Positions 11,996 to 22,835 are shown, numbered from the whole stretch's first letter. The stretch: 63,287 nucleotides of DNA, filler included, from Folioceros fuciformis (GCA_049999805.1; 30 parts of 30 records of this genome joined end to end with filler, not necessarily neighbours in it), one strand, 5' to 3'. Numbers and translations are program-made. The notes: generated by a model not told the origin, from the letters alone.

Positions 11996-12541
11996 GTGGG
12001 TGGAAGAGTATCAAATAGATGGTTTCCACTTCCATTCGCTGCAGTCCATGTTTTACAACCAAAATGTATTTGCAGAGTTCACAAATGGCTTGAATGAGTA
12101 AGGCTGCTGTCATTCAGGAAATTGCTCGCAGGAGCTCCATGTTGGTCGAATTACATAGACTCCTTCCTCGCTCTTTCTCACATTTCTCTGGTTGTGCAGC
12201 TATTGCAATCAATACGTGGACAGAGACGCATTGCTGTATGTGATTCTGGCTAATGAGATGCTGCACAAGCTCAACTCGAACATGGTCACAATTGCAGGGG
12301 ATGTATGCACAATCCTGCCCCTCTTCTCTTAATTGACAAATTCTGGATTGCTTGTGTGCACAGCACCAGCACTCTTGACTGAGTCGATTGCTACTTCCCA
12401 CAGGCCTCACAGTATCCAGGATTGACTGAACCCATCAGTAATGGCGGGTTGGGCTTTGACTACTTTGCCAGCGTCTCACCCTCTGAGATGTGGTCGTATC
12501 TCATTGAAAATGTTCCAGACAGTGAATTGAGTATGAGTCAG
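11996..12541 (+). pseudogene. SBE3: Starch-branching enzyme 3 (BE1/SBE3-type) gene fragment; exons 11996-12097, 12200-12302, 12404-12541
   Basis: Spliced translation WVEEYQIDGFHFHSLQSMFY...D|YCNQYVDRDALLYVILANEMLH...TIAGD|ASQYPGLTEPISNGGLGFDYF...SMSQ matches the BE1/SBE3 catalytic region. Conserved residues are altered (TIAED>TIAGD, EWSM>ELSM) and no further SBE exons were recognised downstream. Confidence 0.8.
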
Positions 12542-12862
12542 GTGAGATTTGAGAGACCTGTCCTGGAATTCTTCGTGCGTGTGGTTCACGGTTTGTGAAC
12601 TAATGAACGGCATGTGGTACGGCGACTTCAGATTTCAAGTTGTTCAATTTGGACGGCCCATTCCTGATAGACAGGGGTGCATGGGCTGGGCCCTTTGAAA
12701 ATATCTTTCGTAAAACGGCAAGGATCGATTTTCCAGGTTTGTGACATGACCTTCATAGTTCATATGGTCTGAACGAAGTTGGCACTCACCTGGCATTTGG
12801 TTGTGCCCAGTGGGATGAACGAGGTTCCTGGTTCTAATCTGGCTTTTGGTTGTGCTGTGCAG

Positions 12863-13120
12863 CTACTCTACCAGGACCACCTTGGTCACTGAGGCATTCA
12901 CCACCGAATGAGCTTGCCAAACTGACTGAGTTCCAAGAAGAGTTGGTGCAGTTAGCTTCACAGTTGAATGGTGATCACTTATTGAACAGCTATCCCAACA
13001 TTGGAAAACTCCTGAACGTGGGGAAAGCGAATGGCTAGATTCCTGGAGGAGGGTAGGAGGGCACTCCGGAATGGTGGGAATAGCACGGATATTGTAAGGC
13101 TGATGCCATCTGCTTTACCA
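12863..13120 (+). pseudogene. NPC: Non-specific phospholipase C (NPC) terminal-exon fragment with internal deletion/frameshift
   Basis: After the AG at 12861-12862: TLPGPPWSLR...KLTEFQEELVQLASQLNGDHLLNSYPNIGK...ANG*, then in a shifted frame RFLEEGRRALRNGGNSTDIVRLMPS. Both match the plant NPC C-terminus, with about 7 codons missing between them. Confidence 0.8.
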
Positions 13121-13349
13121 GTAACCCTCAGATATTTGGGTCTACCCCTTACGTCGGTGCTTCATGGTAGGATTTGAAGGAACTGACTTGATGCAGTATC
13201 CAAACCAANNNNNNNNNNNNNNNNNNNNNNNNNNNNNNNNNNNNNNNNNNNNTTAATTAATTAANNNNNNNNNNNNNNNNNNNNNNNNNNNNNNNNNNNN
13301 NNNNNNNNACCTGCCATCCTACACGCCCCACAAACGAAATCCCACTGAC

Positions 13350-13701
13350 CTTAGTTCCCTGAGTCCTAGTCACCAGAGTTTTCCCAACCGCCCTCTGCGT
13401 GAAGGTAGACGGTGCCTTGATATCGTACCAATCCTTCTTCGAAAAGGGATCGACACTGCACACGGAACCCCGTCAGCTTCTGCCGCCAGCATCACACTGC
13501 ATACCCCAAAACAACGCCCCAAGCCACGACACCACGTTCAAGGCATGAACCTAAATTGCCTCATGACCTAAACCCATAAATCCTACACCACCGTCAGCGG
13601 AGGCTGCGTTGAGCCGGAAACAATCCCACAGACACGACTCACATCTTTTTCTTGCCTCCCTTCTTGCCCTTGGAAATCCGCTTGTTCTTCCCGACCGCCA
13701 T
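13350..13701 (-). CDS. RPS3a: 40S ribosomal protein S3a (eS1), copy 1; exons 13701-13643 and 13455-13350 (rest beyond contig edge)
   Basis: [55 protein letters not shown], with GT-AG intron borders. Confidence 0.96.
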
Positions 13702-13836
13702 TTTGCCGGGCCTCGGGAAGGACGAAGACGCTGATCACCAGAGGACTACAACCAGCACCTTTGGCTAGAAATACAAGTAGGTCGTGAGCTCCATCATATA
13801 TAGGCTTCAGTTCAATACAGACCAATGTGTCCGATT

Positions 13837-13844
13837 TAGGGTTT
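13837..13844 (-). promoter_or_regulatory. Telo-box (AAACCCTA) upstream of RPS3a
   Basis: TAGGGTTT on + about 135 nt upstream of the RPS3a ATG. Telo-boxes are an established feature of plant ribosomal-protein promoters. Confidence 0.6.
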
Positions 13845-14112
13845 TGAAAACGAGACAAACGGTTTTGGAAACTACTGTATCGGAGGCCTCAAGGGTTTCT
13901 ACCAGGGCAACTACGTACAGTATGTACAGTATTGTATTGAGTACCGCTGGTTCCGGCGGATTAAAAAGCTGTCTTCTCAAGGGCTTAATTTCTTAAACCG
14001 GCCGCTCCCTGTCGTCTTCGTCTGCATCCCAGTCCGAACTGCGACGCGGCATCCAGCTGCGGAGCGCGGATGTGTGCGCTTTGCGCTTGTGAGCCTGCGT
14101 CTGCCTGGCTGG

Positions 14113-14562
14113 ATGAAGGTGCAGTGTGCGCGCGCCGGATTGTTGTCTAACTTCGAGGTGCTGGATCTGCTGCGATGCCGGGGAGCCGACAAGGGACCGC
14201 TCAGCTCTCTGCACACATCGGAGCTCCAGGTTTACGGTTACTTGATGCAGACTCCCGCGGCCACGCAGAATCGGGTTGCCGTGGAGAGCTTGCTGGCTGA
14301 GGCGGCTCCGATGCAGCTCACCGCGGCGGAGATGCTGCAGGTTTTGAATTGCAGGCCGAGCAGCGAGGTGGAGGTGCACCTTCTCATCGAGGACTGCGAC
14401 GAGAGGCTCTCCGGTGACCAGGTTGAGACTTTTCTTGCCACTGTGAAGCGAACCTTACCCCCGCCTCCAGCATCCGATGTGGATGTGGAAGTAGAAGAAG
14501 ACGGCAACGGAGATGTCGCGGAGCAGGAGCCTGGAGATGGAGCCGAGGACATGGAGCAGTAA
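14113..14562 (+). CDS. RPC9: RNA polymerase III subunit RPC9/C17 (Rpb4/HRDC family), intronless, 149 aa
   Basis: MKV...AGLLSNFEVLDLL...ELQVYGYL...LTAAEMLQVLNCRPSSEVEVHLLIEDCDERL plus an acidic tail. ATG at 14113 lies within the listed ORF 14074-14562. Confidence 0.88.
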   Translation: MKVQCARAGLLSNFEVLDLLRCRGADKGPLSSLHTSELQVYGYLMQTPAATQNRVAVESLLAEAAPMQLTAAEMLQVLNCRPSSEVEVHLLIEDCDERLSGDQVETFLATVKRTLPPPPASDVDVEVEEDGNGDVAEQEPGDGAEDMEQ

Positions 14563-16368
14563 AGCATTTGATCGGATGCGCGGCTGGTTTTTGGATCGCT
14601 CTTTGCGTGTTCCTGTGTTGTGTGATTTCCTTTTGTCTATCTCTGGGCCACCACGACATCGGTTTGGTGGTTTTCCTTGCGGTTCCCTGGTGACTGGAAG
14701 CCAGAGAGGGTTACGGCTAAGCATGCCAGCCGGGGAAGTTCACGGGGAAGCATGGCACCAATGATGTGCATGGCCAGGCTTGGCGGCCGAGGAGAAGGGT
14801 TAGGCGCAAGCAGGTCGGAAGAAATGCACAGAAGAACGCCGTCTGAAGCAAATATGTTCTTGCTTACTAGAGCATGGCGGTCGAGGTCAAATCACGGCTG
14901 GGCATGGCAGCTGACGACGTTGTTCACGAAAGTGCTTGTTCAGTCAAGCATGGATGCGGAAGAAAAATTTCAGCTGACATTGTCACTACACGAGGTACCC
15001 TGGTTAGGGAATGAACAGCTCCATCCTGTGCTGTTTCTGCGCCTTGGTTGGAAAGTGAAACATGTTGGTATTATCAGAAGCAACTTTTGCTTCGGGTTGC
15101 TGGTCAGCTCCAACTCTACGAGCTGGAGTAGTACTTGCGCGGGCATGACGATAGGGATGAGGGTTTATTTTTTGTCCCGTCTGAACAACTTTCTCATGGC
15201 AAGTGAAAACTTCTCGTTGGTCTTCGGATCTTGAGCCAAGAAGTCTGGACTCACGAATTGTTGTCGAGAATGCTTCTTCACAAACCACTCCCATCGAACG
15301 AGGACAAGAAAATCAAAGTATCTCCTGGATTGTTCGCATTGGAATGAAAGATATCTAATGTCAGTAGAGAATTCTTTACCTCGCCTTGATTTCGTTCTTC
15401 CACTCACCAGTAAACACTATCCACCCTTGCAATCTGGATTTAAGCATGCAAAGGCACTAATATTCAGATCTTAAGAATTTATTTGCGCATCCCATGTTTG
15501 ATCTCGTTAGATAGGTTTTAAAGCCCTAATGTTTCGTCTTTCCCAAATCTAATAGAATATTTATCCCTTTTTACTTTAATTTATGATCATTTGTGTCTTT
15601 TGTTGGGCACATGAACTTGGCTAGAAAGATACATAATAGCTTCCCTTACCATATTAGACATCTCAATCATATCCTTAAAATATTGCTGAAATGAAAAATA
15701 GATACTTATTTCACTTCTATACAAGGACACATATCTCTTTCAAATGCCAAGAGTAGTGTGTTTCCCATTGGGAGTGGCCAATAAGTTGTGCTTGATGGAG
15801 GCATTGTAATGAAAGGAAGGAGCTAGGGCTATCCCGAACAAGAACAAGCCACATGGAAGCCTTCGTCTACAAATCATGATATCTACCAAGTCATCTCCAA
15901 ATTGAGATATCTAATAAGAACTAGAACAAGCAAGATGGAGACTATATGAATTCCGTATATGTAAACCTTCATCTACAAATTGGGATATCTAACAAGAACA
16001 TAACAAGCAAGATAAAGTCTATATGTAATGGAAGCCAAGATGAAGGAGGTTGTGCTTGCATTGCCAACATGGGGTTCCTAAAACAACTACCCAACTCTTG
16101 GAGAGCCAGGTTCCTAGAACAACTACCCCTCCTGCCTTTCTTGGGTTTTTGGGGTGCCAAGAAGCTATGGCGGGTGAACTTATGGATGGTAGCGCCCGGA
16201 GAGTCAAGGTGACAGTCGACCAATTTTTTGCGGAAATCACAAATACACTCTGGTAAAGATGGATTCAACTTCCATCATTGTACAAAGAATGAACAACCAA
16301 GTTTCCAACTACCTATGGATGTAGTCCATCCCACACTAGCCAGTCACCGGCACGTGGACGAGTTGCTA

Positions 16369-17349
16369 CTATGCATTGCCGACCTCTTTACAGCTCCAGT
16401 GAGAGCTTGGTACGCATCCCAAGTAGTGACACCAGCCACACTTCTCGTTCCCATCGACTTGTCGGAAGACCAGAATCAAACCAACTGCATAGCCCACGAT
16501 CAGGAGGGCGGCGGCCGCTACCAACAGCACGTACTGGCAGGACTTGTACTTGACCACGCCCTCTTTGTCTCTAGGAGCCATGTGCTGCAACCTCACCCAC
16601 CCGAAATGTGGCTTCATCAGCAGCACAAAGCCAAGGAGGAAGCCCGCAAGGAAGCCTCCTACGTGAGAGAACTTGTCTACATGGGGCATGAGACCGATCG
16701 CCAGGTTCACACCCAGAATGATGACAAGGGAGAAGACAGCAGCGCAACGGCTGCTGTAGATGGACCAGTTGATGATGAGCTCCGAAAGCTGAGATCCCAG
16801 GACCCCGAAAACAGCGCCTGACGCCCCCACGACCACCATAGAACGATTGAAGAGCAACGAGAGCACGCTCCCTCCGAAGCCCGACAGCACGTAGATGATC
16901 CCCACTCGGATGAACCCGAACTCCTTCTCCCAACCGTGACCGATGACGACCAGCCCTACCATATTCGCCAGCACATGGAAGACCCCGGCATGCAGCCAGT
17001 TGCTGGAAAAGAGTCGCCACCACTGGTGCCTCTCCGCGACACGATTCCAATCCAGACCTCCCATGTTGCGCAGCGTATAGTCTGTTGGTCCAAGAAGAGG
17101 ATTGGTGTTCCACTTCTGGAACGAGAACCTGTGGAGCCATGTAGGCATACACTGTCTCGGAGTGTTCGTGGGGCAGTTGTTCTCGTACATGGTCACCAGA
17201 AACACCACAACGTTAGCCACCACGATGGTCGGGATTAGCCAAACCTGCCAGGTCTCCCGCGCCCTAGGCACCGTCGGCACAACCTCCCCCATCTCTGCGT
17301 CCGGAGGACAGTACGGATACACGCCCCCTCGCCTGCCCTTGTTAGACAT
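16369..17349 (-). CDS. Rhomboid-like intramembrane serine protease (plant RBL1-type), intronless, ~326 aa
   Basis: NPLLGP, WWRLFSSNWLHAGVFHVLANM, catalytic VGASGA and SHVGGF, C-terminal CGWCHYLGCVPSSHWSC. First ATG at 17349. Confidence 0.93.
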   Translation of the reverse strand: MSNKGRRGGVYPYCPPDAEMGEVVPTVPRARETWQVWLIPTIVVANVVVFLVTMYENNCPTNTPRQCMPTWLHRFSFQKWNTNPLLGPTDYTLRNMGGLDWNRVAERHQWWRLFSSNWLHAGVFHVLANMVGLVVIGHGWEKEFGFIRVGIIYVLSGFGGSVLSLLFNRSMVVVGASGAVFGVLGSQLSELIINWSIYSSRCAAVFSLVIILGVNLAIGLMPHVDKFSHVGGFLAGFLLGFVLLMKPHFGWVRLQHMAPRDKEGVVKYKSCQYVLLVAAAALLIVGYAVGLILVFRQVDGNEKCGWCHYLGCVPSSHWSCKEVGNA

Positions 17350-17999
17350 TCCGATCTGCAAATTCGCCAACTCCTTCCTCTCGTTGCACCGGCTCCACCA
17401 GGCGCATAGCCAAGCCCTTCCCCGCGAGCGCCCAACCGCAAGGGCTCCACTCTCAGACCAGTGAAACCCCCTGCCCGCCCTCCTCCCAGAGCTGGAGCTG
17501 CCTAGCAACCCGAAGCAACCACGTCTGACAATAACATGTTTCACGCTCCAATTGAGGAGAAGCAACAACACAGGACTGCGCTGTTCGTTCCCTTAACAAG
17601 ATGATAGCGCGTAGCAGTAATGCCTGTCACACATACCAAACTAGGCCCACACTCGTTCTCCAGGTTTCCCTTATCGGATATATCTTCAAAGCTTTTGCAG
17701 GCTGCCATGCGCTGCCGTGAACTGACGTCCCCTGCCTGCAATTGTGTATTTCTTCGGACTGCTTGTGCCTAACCCTTGTTCTCCGCCGCCGAGCCTCGCC
17801 ATGAACATCATCGGCTGTCAGTGAACTTCTCCGGCTGCCATGCTCAGCTGTGACCTCTCCGGCTTGGCCGCACCAAGGAACCGTATGGACATCCTCCGAC
17901 CCGATGCCGTATTCGCCCGGAGACAAACAAAAGAAGAACACACGAACCACGAACAAGGACAGCGCAATACAAAACCTGCCCCGCATACAAACCAATCCT

Positions 18000-18454
18000 C
18001 TACTGCTCCATATCCATCCCTCCGTCTCGGGGATCCTGCCTCGCGACATCTCCTCCGCCATCTTTTTCCACATTCACATCCACATCGGCATCGGATCCCG
18101 GAGACGAGGGAAGGGTTCGCTTCACAGTGGCAGCAAATGTCTCAACCTGATCGCCGGAGAGTCTCTCGTCGCAGTCCTCGATGAGAAGGTGCCCCTCCAC
18201 CTCGCTGCTTGGCCTGGCTTCAAAACCAACAGCTTCTCCGCCGCGGCGAGCTGCATCGCAGCAGCGTCCACGAGCAACCTCTTCACGCCACCCCGGTTCT
18301 GCGTGGCCGAGGGAGTCTGCATCAGGCAACCGTAAACCTGGAGCTCCGATGCGTGAGGCGAGCTGAGCGGGTCCATGTCCGATCCGAGGCATCGCACCAG
18401 ACCCAGCACTTCCAAGTTGGCCAGCAATCCGTCGCGCACACCCTGCACCTTCGA
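18000..18454 (-). pseudogene. RPC9: RPC9 pseudogene (inverted duplicate of 14113-14562)
   Basis: Colinear with the left copy. ATG is mutated to TCG (18452-18454) and a 1-nt deletion near 18215-18220 shifts the frame (ttg aat tgc agg vs ttg aag cc agg). Confidence 0.9.
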
Positions 18455-18823
18455 CCACGCAGGGCTCATGAGCGCACGGCGGGAACATAGGCAATCCGCA
18501 GCTGCTTGCTGCGCCGCAGTACAAACCTTAATTGCCAACCAGAGCGACTGGCTACAGCCGTATTGGGCAGTCAAGACTTCCACAGGAAATGCATTTTCGG
18601 CTACCGGAACCAGCAGCAGATTAAGAGCTTCCTTGGAAGAAAGCTTAGATATCGAGGAGCTGGAAACTGGTCGGTTGCCAAAGCCCTAAAATGGCGCCGA
18701 GTGGTATCGGAGGCTATATATCGATACTAGCGCTGCGAGCAATATTTTTCTCTCACGACTTGTGCTTGCTCTGTAGTCTGAGCCTGGCGATCGTCGTCTT
18801 CTCCCCTTTCGAAGCCCAGCGAC

Positions 18824-19306
18824 ATGGCAGTCGGGAAGAACAAGCGGATCTCCAAGGGCAAAAAGGGAGGCAAGAAAAAAATGTGAGTGATGGGGGTGGC
18901 ATTGCTTCGGGTTCACACCAGTCACCGCTTCGGCTGGTGCCGAATGCAAGGATTTGAGTCATGATGCTTTTAGGTTCACGGTGACTTGGCGTGGATGGAT
19001 TGGGTTGCTGGAGCAGGAGCTGAAGGGGTTCTGTTTGCAGTGTTGATCCCTTCTCGAAGAAGGATTGGTACGATATCAAGGCGCCGTCTGCCTTCACGCA
19101 GAGGGCTGTTGGGAAAACTCTGGTGACTAGGACTCAGGGAACTAAGGTGTGTGGGGTGTGGCTTGTGGGGCGTGTGGGAGGACATGTTTGGGAGTGTGGT
19201 CTGACGGGAGAAGTGTTGGGGCACTTCTGCAGATTGCTTCCGATGGGTTGGAGGGGAGGGTTTTCGAGGTGTCCCTTGCCGATCTCCAGAACGATGAGGA
19301 TCAGGC
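18824..19306 (+). CDS. RPS3a: 40S ribosomal protein S3a (eS1), copy 2; exons 18824-18882, 19041-19146, 19233->19306
   Basis: Same first two exon lengths (59 and 106 nt) and protein as copy 1. Exon 3 reads [24 protein letters not shown]. Confidence 0.95.
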
Positions 19307-19406
19307 NNNNNNNNNNNNNNNNNNNNNNNNNNNNNNNNNNNNNNNNNNNNTTAATTAATTAANNNNNNNNNNNNNNNNNNNNNNNNNNNNNNNNNNNNNN
19401 NNNNNN

Positions 19407-20030
19407 CTCTTTGCTGGAGTACTCTTAACAGTACTCTCCCCTGTGGGTTCGTCATAGGGTAGTGCAACTGAGTTGCTATACCAGGAGGCTAACTCATCAA
19501 ATACCACATCCCTGCTTATCAGGATCTCATGTGTGGATGGCACATAACACTTATATGCCTTCCTATTTCGTGCATACCCCAGAAAAACACTCTTCATTGC
19601 TTTAGGATCCAGCTTCCTACGCTTCTCATGAGGTACATGCACATATGCAATGCACCCAAATATTTTCAAGTGCCTAATATCCGGCTTATAGCCATACAGT
19701 CTCTCAATTGGTGTAGCATCATGAATTCCTGCCGTAGGAGTTCGATTCAGTACATACACTGCTATCATCACTGCTTCTGCCTAATAATCATTAGGTAAGC
19801 ACTTCTCATTCAGCATTGCCCTTGTTGTTTCCATGACTACCCTGTTCTTCCTCTCTGCAACACCATTCTGCTGTGGTGTGTATCTGCAAGTCAACTGTCT
19901 TCGTATACCATGATCTGCAAGATACCTGTCAAACTCATTTGAGACATATTCTCCACCTCCATCTGATCTTAGACAAGAGATGGAGCAGCTGAATTCATTT
20001 TCAGCATGCTTTTTAATAGTGCTTGAACGA
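19407..20030 (-). mobile_element. Ty1/Copia integrase fragment
   Basis: CLRSDGGGEY, YTPQQNGVAERKNR, IFGCIAYVHVP, KLDPKA, SRDVVFDE; one internal stop. Confidence 0.93.
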
Positions 20031-20041
20031 CACTTTTCAGA

Positions 20042-21423
20042 TGTGAAAAGTTTAGTGACGTGTTTAGAGAGCAAAGAGTGAGAAGTGAACTTAGTGTGGA
20101 ACGCTTCCAGGCATCTAGTTTTTGAGCTAGTGTATTCCACACTGCATCCATGCTGGTTTGGATATAAACCAGTGTAAGACTTGGCCAGTTGTAAAAGTTA
20201 TCAGACTTTGGCGTGACAATTTTCATTTGAATTGGTGCTTAACTTTTGAATATGAGAAGACCTGTGATCAAAGGTGTTAGAGTGACATGGGCAAGTGTTA
20301 AGCAAGCTGGTGTGCTGCCTAGGTCAAGAAGTGAGGCAGATGCTGTAAAAGTTGGTAGAGGTGAGAAGAGGGTAATGGAGGATAAAAACTCAGATAGGGG
20401 ATTCAAGAAAAAGGTTGAGCAATCAAAGATGAAGAGTAAAGGGGTAAACGCTAAGAGTCTGGGGGGGAGCCATATTTCAGGCAGAACGTTGGATGAGGAA
20501 GGAGGGAATTCGCATAGTGCGAGTGTCTTAGGTACAGAGGTAAAGGGAGAAGTTGGAAATGTAGATCTTAACGGGAACATTAACAAAATGCACAAAACGT
20601 CTATAGGGGTAGAAGCAAGGGAAGAAAGATTACAACTGTCAGATGAAGAGTGGAGGCGTGTGTGCAAAGAAAGAGGGTTTGTGATTAGAGACAAAGAACT
20701 TGTCATGGACGTACAGAATCGGACTATGGAGCCTATGGAAGTGCAAGGACAGCATGAAGAAGTGAATGATGTGGCAAAGTTGGTGAGAAGAACGGACAAT
20801 CAAATGTTAAGCTTGTCGACTGAAAAAGCTTTTGGGTTGGAAAGAAAAGGCAGAGGGGGAGTGGTACTGCCTGCAAAGAGTGAGAAGTATTACGGGCATC
20901 CCAAATCATCATTGTCCATTAGCCAATTAATGTGTATGTTTTATATGATTAAGTTACAGGAGTGTGGAGGTGAGGACGTTGAGTTAGATCCCAGATATGA
21001 ATTTACTTTGTTAGGGAACTAGTTGTGTGGAGATGCTTACAAGGTTTATCTGAAGAGTTTCATGGATTTGGTAGTGACTAGTAAACATGCTGAGCCGGTG
21101 AAGGAATTCTTCATTCGATTGGAGATGAGGTTTCCATCTGTTAATGCCATGAAGATAGAAGAGTTGGCAAATTTGAAGAGGAAGCCGGATGAGACAGCAC
21201 TTATGTTTTACAATCGTACTAGTCAGCTGGTGACAGATACAGGGATGCACAATGAGATGGAAGTTTGTTTAAGTATATTTGCAATTTGGATGAGGATATT
21301 AAGGAAGATGTGTTTAGAGAATTGACAGCATTGTATGGTAAAACATACACACTGGACCAAGTATTCCCAATTGCAGAAAAGCATGAGCAGGCAAGAGCAT
21401 TGCTAAAGGCTATGGGAAGAAAG
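20042..21423 (+). mobile_element. Nested LTR-retrotransposon 5' end: putative short LTR plus degenerate gag-like ORF
   Basis: Interrupts the Copia integrase. TGTGAAAA (20042)...TTTTCA (~20225) is followed by TGGTGCTT, a PBS-like motif. The downstream ORF has gag-like FFIRLEMRFP...LKRKPDETALMFYNR...LDEDIK...TLDQVFPIAEKHE. LTR limits are uncertain. Confidence 0.5.
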
Positions 21424-22548
21424 NNNNNNNNNNNNNNNNNNNNNNNNNNNNNNNNNNNNNNNNNNNNTTAATTAATTAANNNNNNNNNNNNNNNNNNNNN
21501 NNNNNNNNNNNNNNNNNNNNNNNGGCTAAGTAGACTCAATCTGCTCGATAACAAGCTTTATTGTGACTGTACAGGATGTTTGTCGAAAGACGAATGCCTT
21601 GCTGTTGCAAAGCTTCCACAGTCTGGAATTCATGTTCGAGCTACAGCCCATCCTGGTCCCTTGTGTGCAACTTTCCAACTCCACAACTGTCATCCCGTCC
21701 CAATCTGCACCATTGCATGCACAAGGTGGGGTGGGGCCCTGGTCAGTAAATGAGCACACAGGAAGATGCACATCCAGGCAGGTAAGGAAGAGGAGTTACT
21801 GGCCTCAAACCAATTTCTCCTTGGGAAACAGCTGATGCTGCCCTTTGCTGACCACTAACTGCTTTTCTGCCATTCCATAGCCACCCCTTTGCTCTGTGTT
21901 GGAAAAGGTTGAAGAGTTCTGATGCTGCCTGTCAGTAACGTATCCGCAGGGTCAATTCTTCGAATACAGCTACTATTGCACGTAAAAGGAGGAAGAGGCA
22001 GATGTCCAGGTTGCACAGTTCTGCATAACCAAGGACCAGGGAAGGAAGTATTACCATATAGCTCCCGCAGACATCGCCTGCCTAGACTTGAGTGTGGCAG
22101 GTTTCGGAGCTGTTTCGCTGCAGCTCATGGTTGCTCTGATGGCACCCCACGTCTGGGTGGCAGGGATCGTTCAAAGAGCCTTCTTGGCTGCAAGTTTTAG
22201 GGCCCATCGACAAGGCATTCGATGAAAGCAAGGCCGGAGAACGGATGCATGCCGCAGACCATATGAAGCAGAACAGATGAGAACACCTAGTGCTCCTCAC
22301 GACAAAATTACCCTGCTGTCTCTGAAGGGGAGGAGAGTCAACCCCAACACACGTCTGTCCACCCCGCAAAAGTATGGGTAGTGACATTCTGCTGTGGTAA
22401 TATGCCCGATTCGTTTTTAGAATCTACCTCTATTGAACCGATGGTTTGGGCTGTGCATGATATCGCATGCGACCTTTGACGTTATCCCTGCCCTACCTGT
22501 GCCTATACTCGGTGGAACATGCAGGTGGATCTACCCCTACTAAGTACT

Positions 22549-22835
22549 TGGCAATGGCAATGGCCATGGCCATGGCCATGGCCATGGCCATGGCGATGGC
22601 GATGGCGATGGCGATGTCGATGGCGATGGCGATGGCTATGGCTATGGCTATGGCGATGGCGATGGCGGTGGCGATGGCGATGGCGATGGCGATGGCTATG
22701 GCTAGGGCTATGGCTACGGCTACGGCTATGGCTATGGCTATGGCTATGGCTATGGCTATGGCTATGGCTATGGCTATGGCTATGACTACGGCTATGGCTA
22801 TGGCTATGGCTATGGCCATGGCGATGGCTATAGCC
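22549..22835 (+). repeat. Compound hexanucleotide microsatellite (ATGGCN)n
   Basis: Blocks of ATGGCA, ATGGCC, ATGGCG and ATGGCT over ~285 nt. Confidence 0.97.

Noticed and set aside
17350-17571. 74-aa N-terminal extension of the rhomboid in the 400-aa ORF call
   Set aside because: It depends on a non-ATG start; the first ATG at 17349 gives a typical length.
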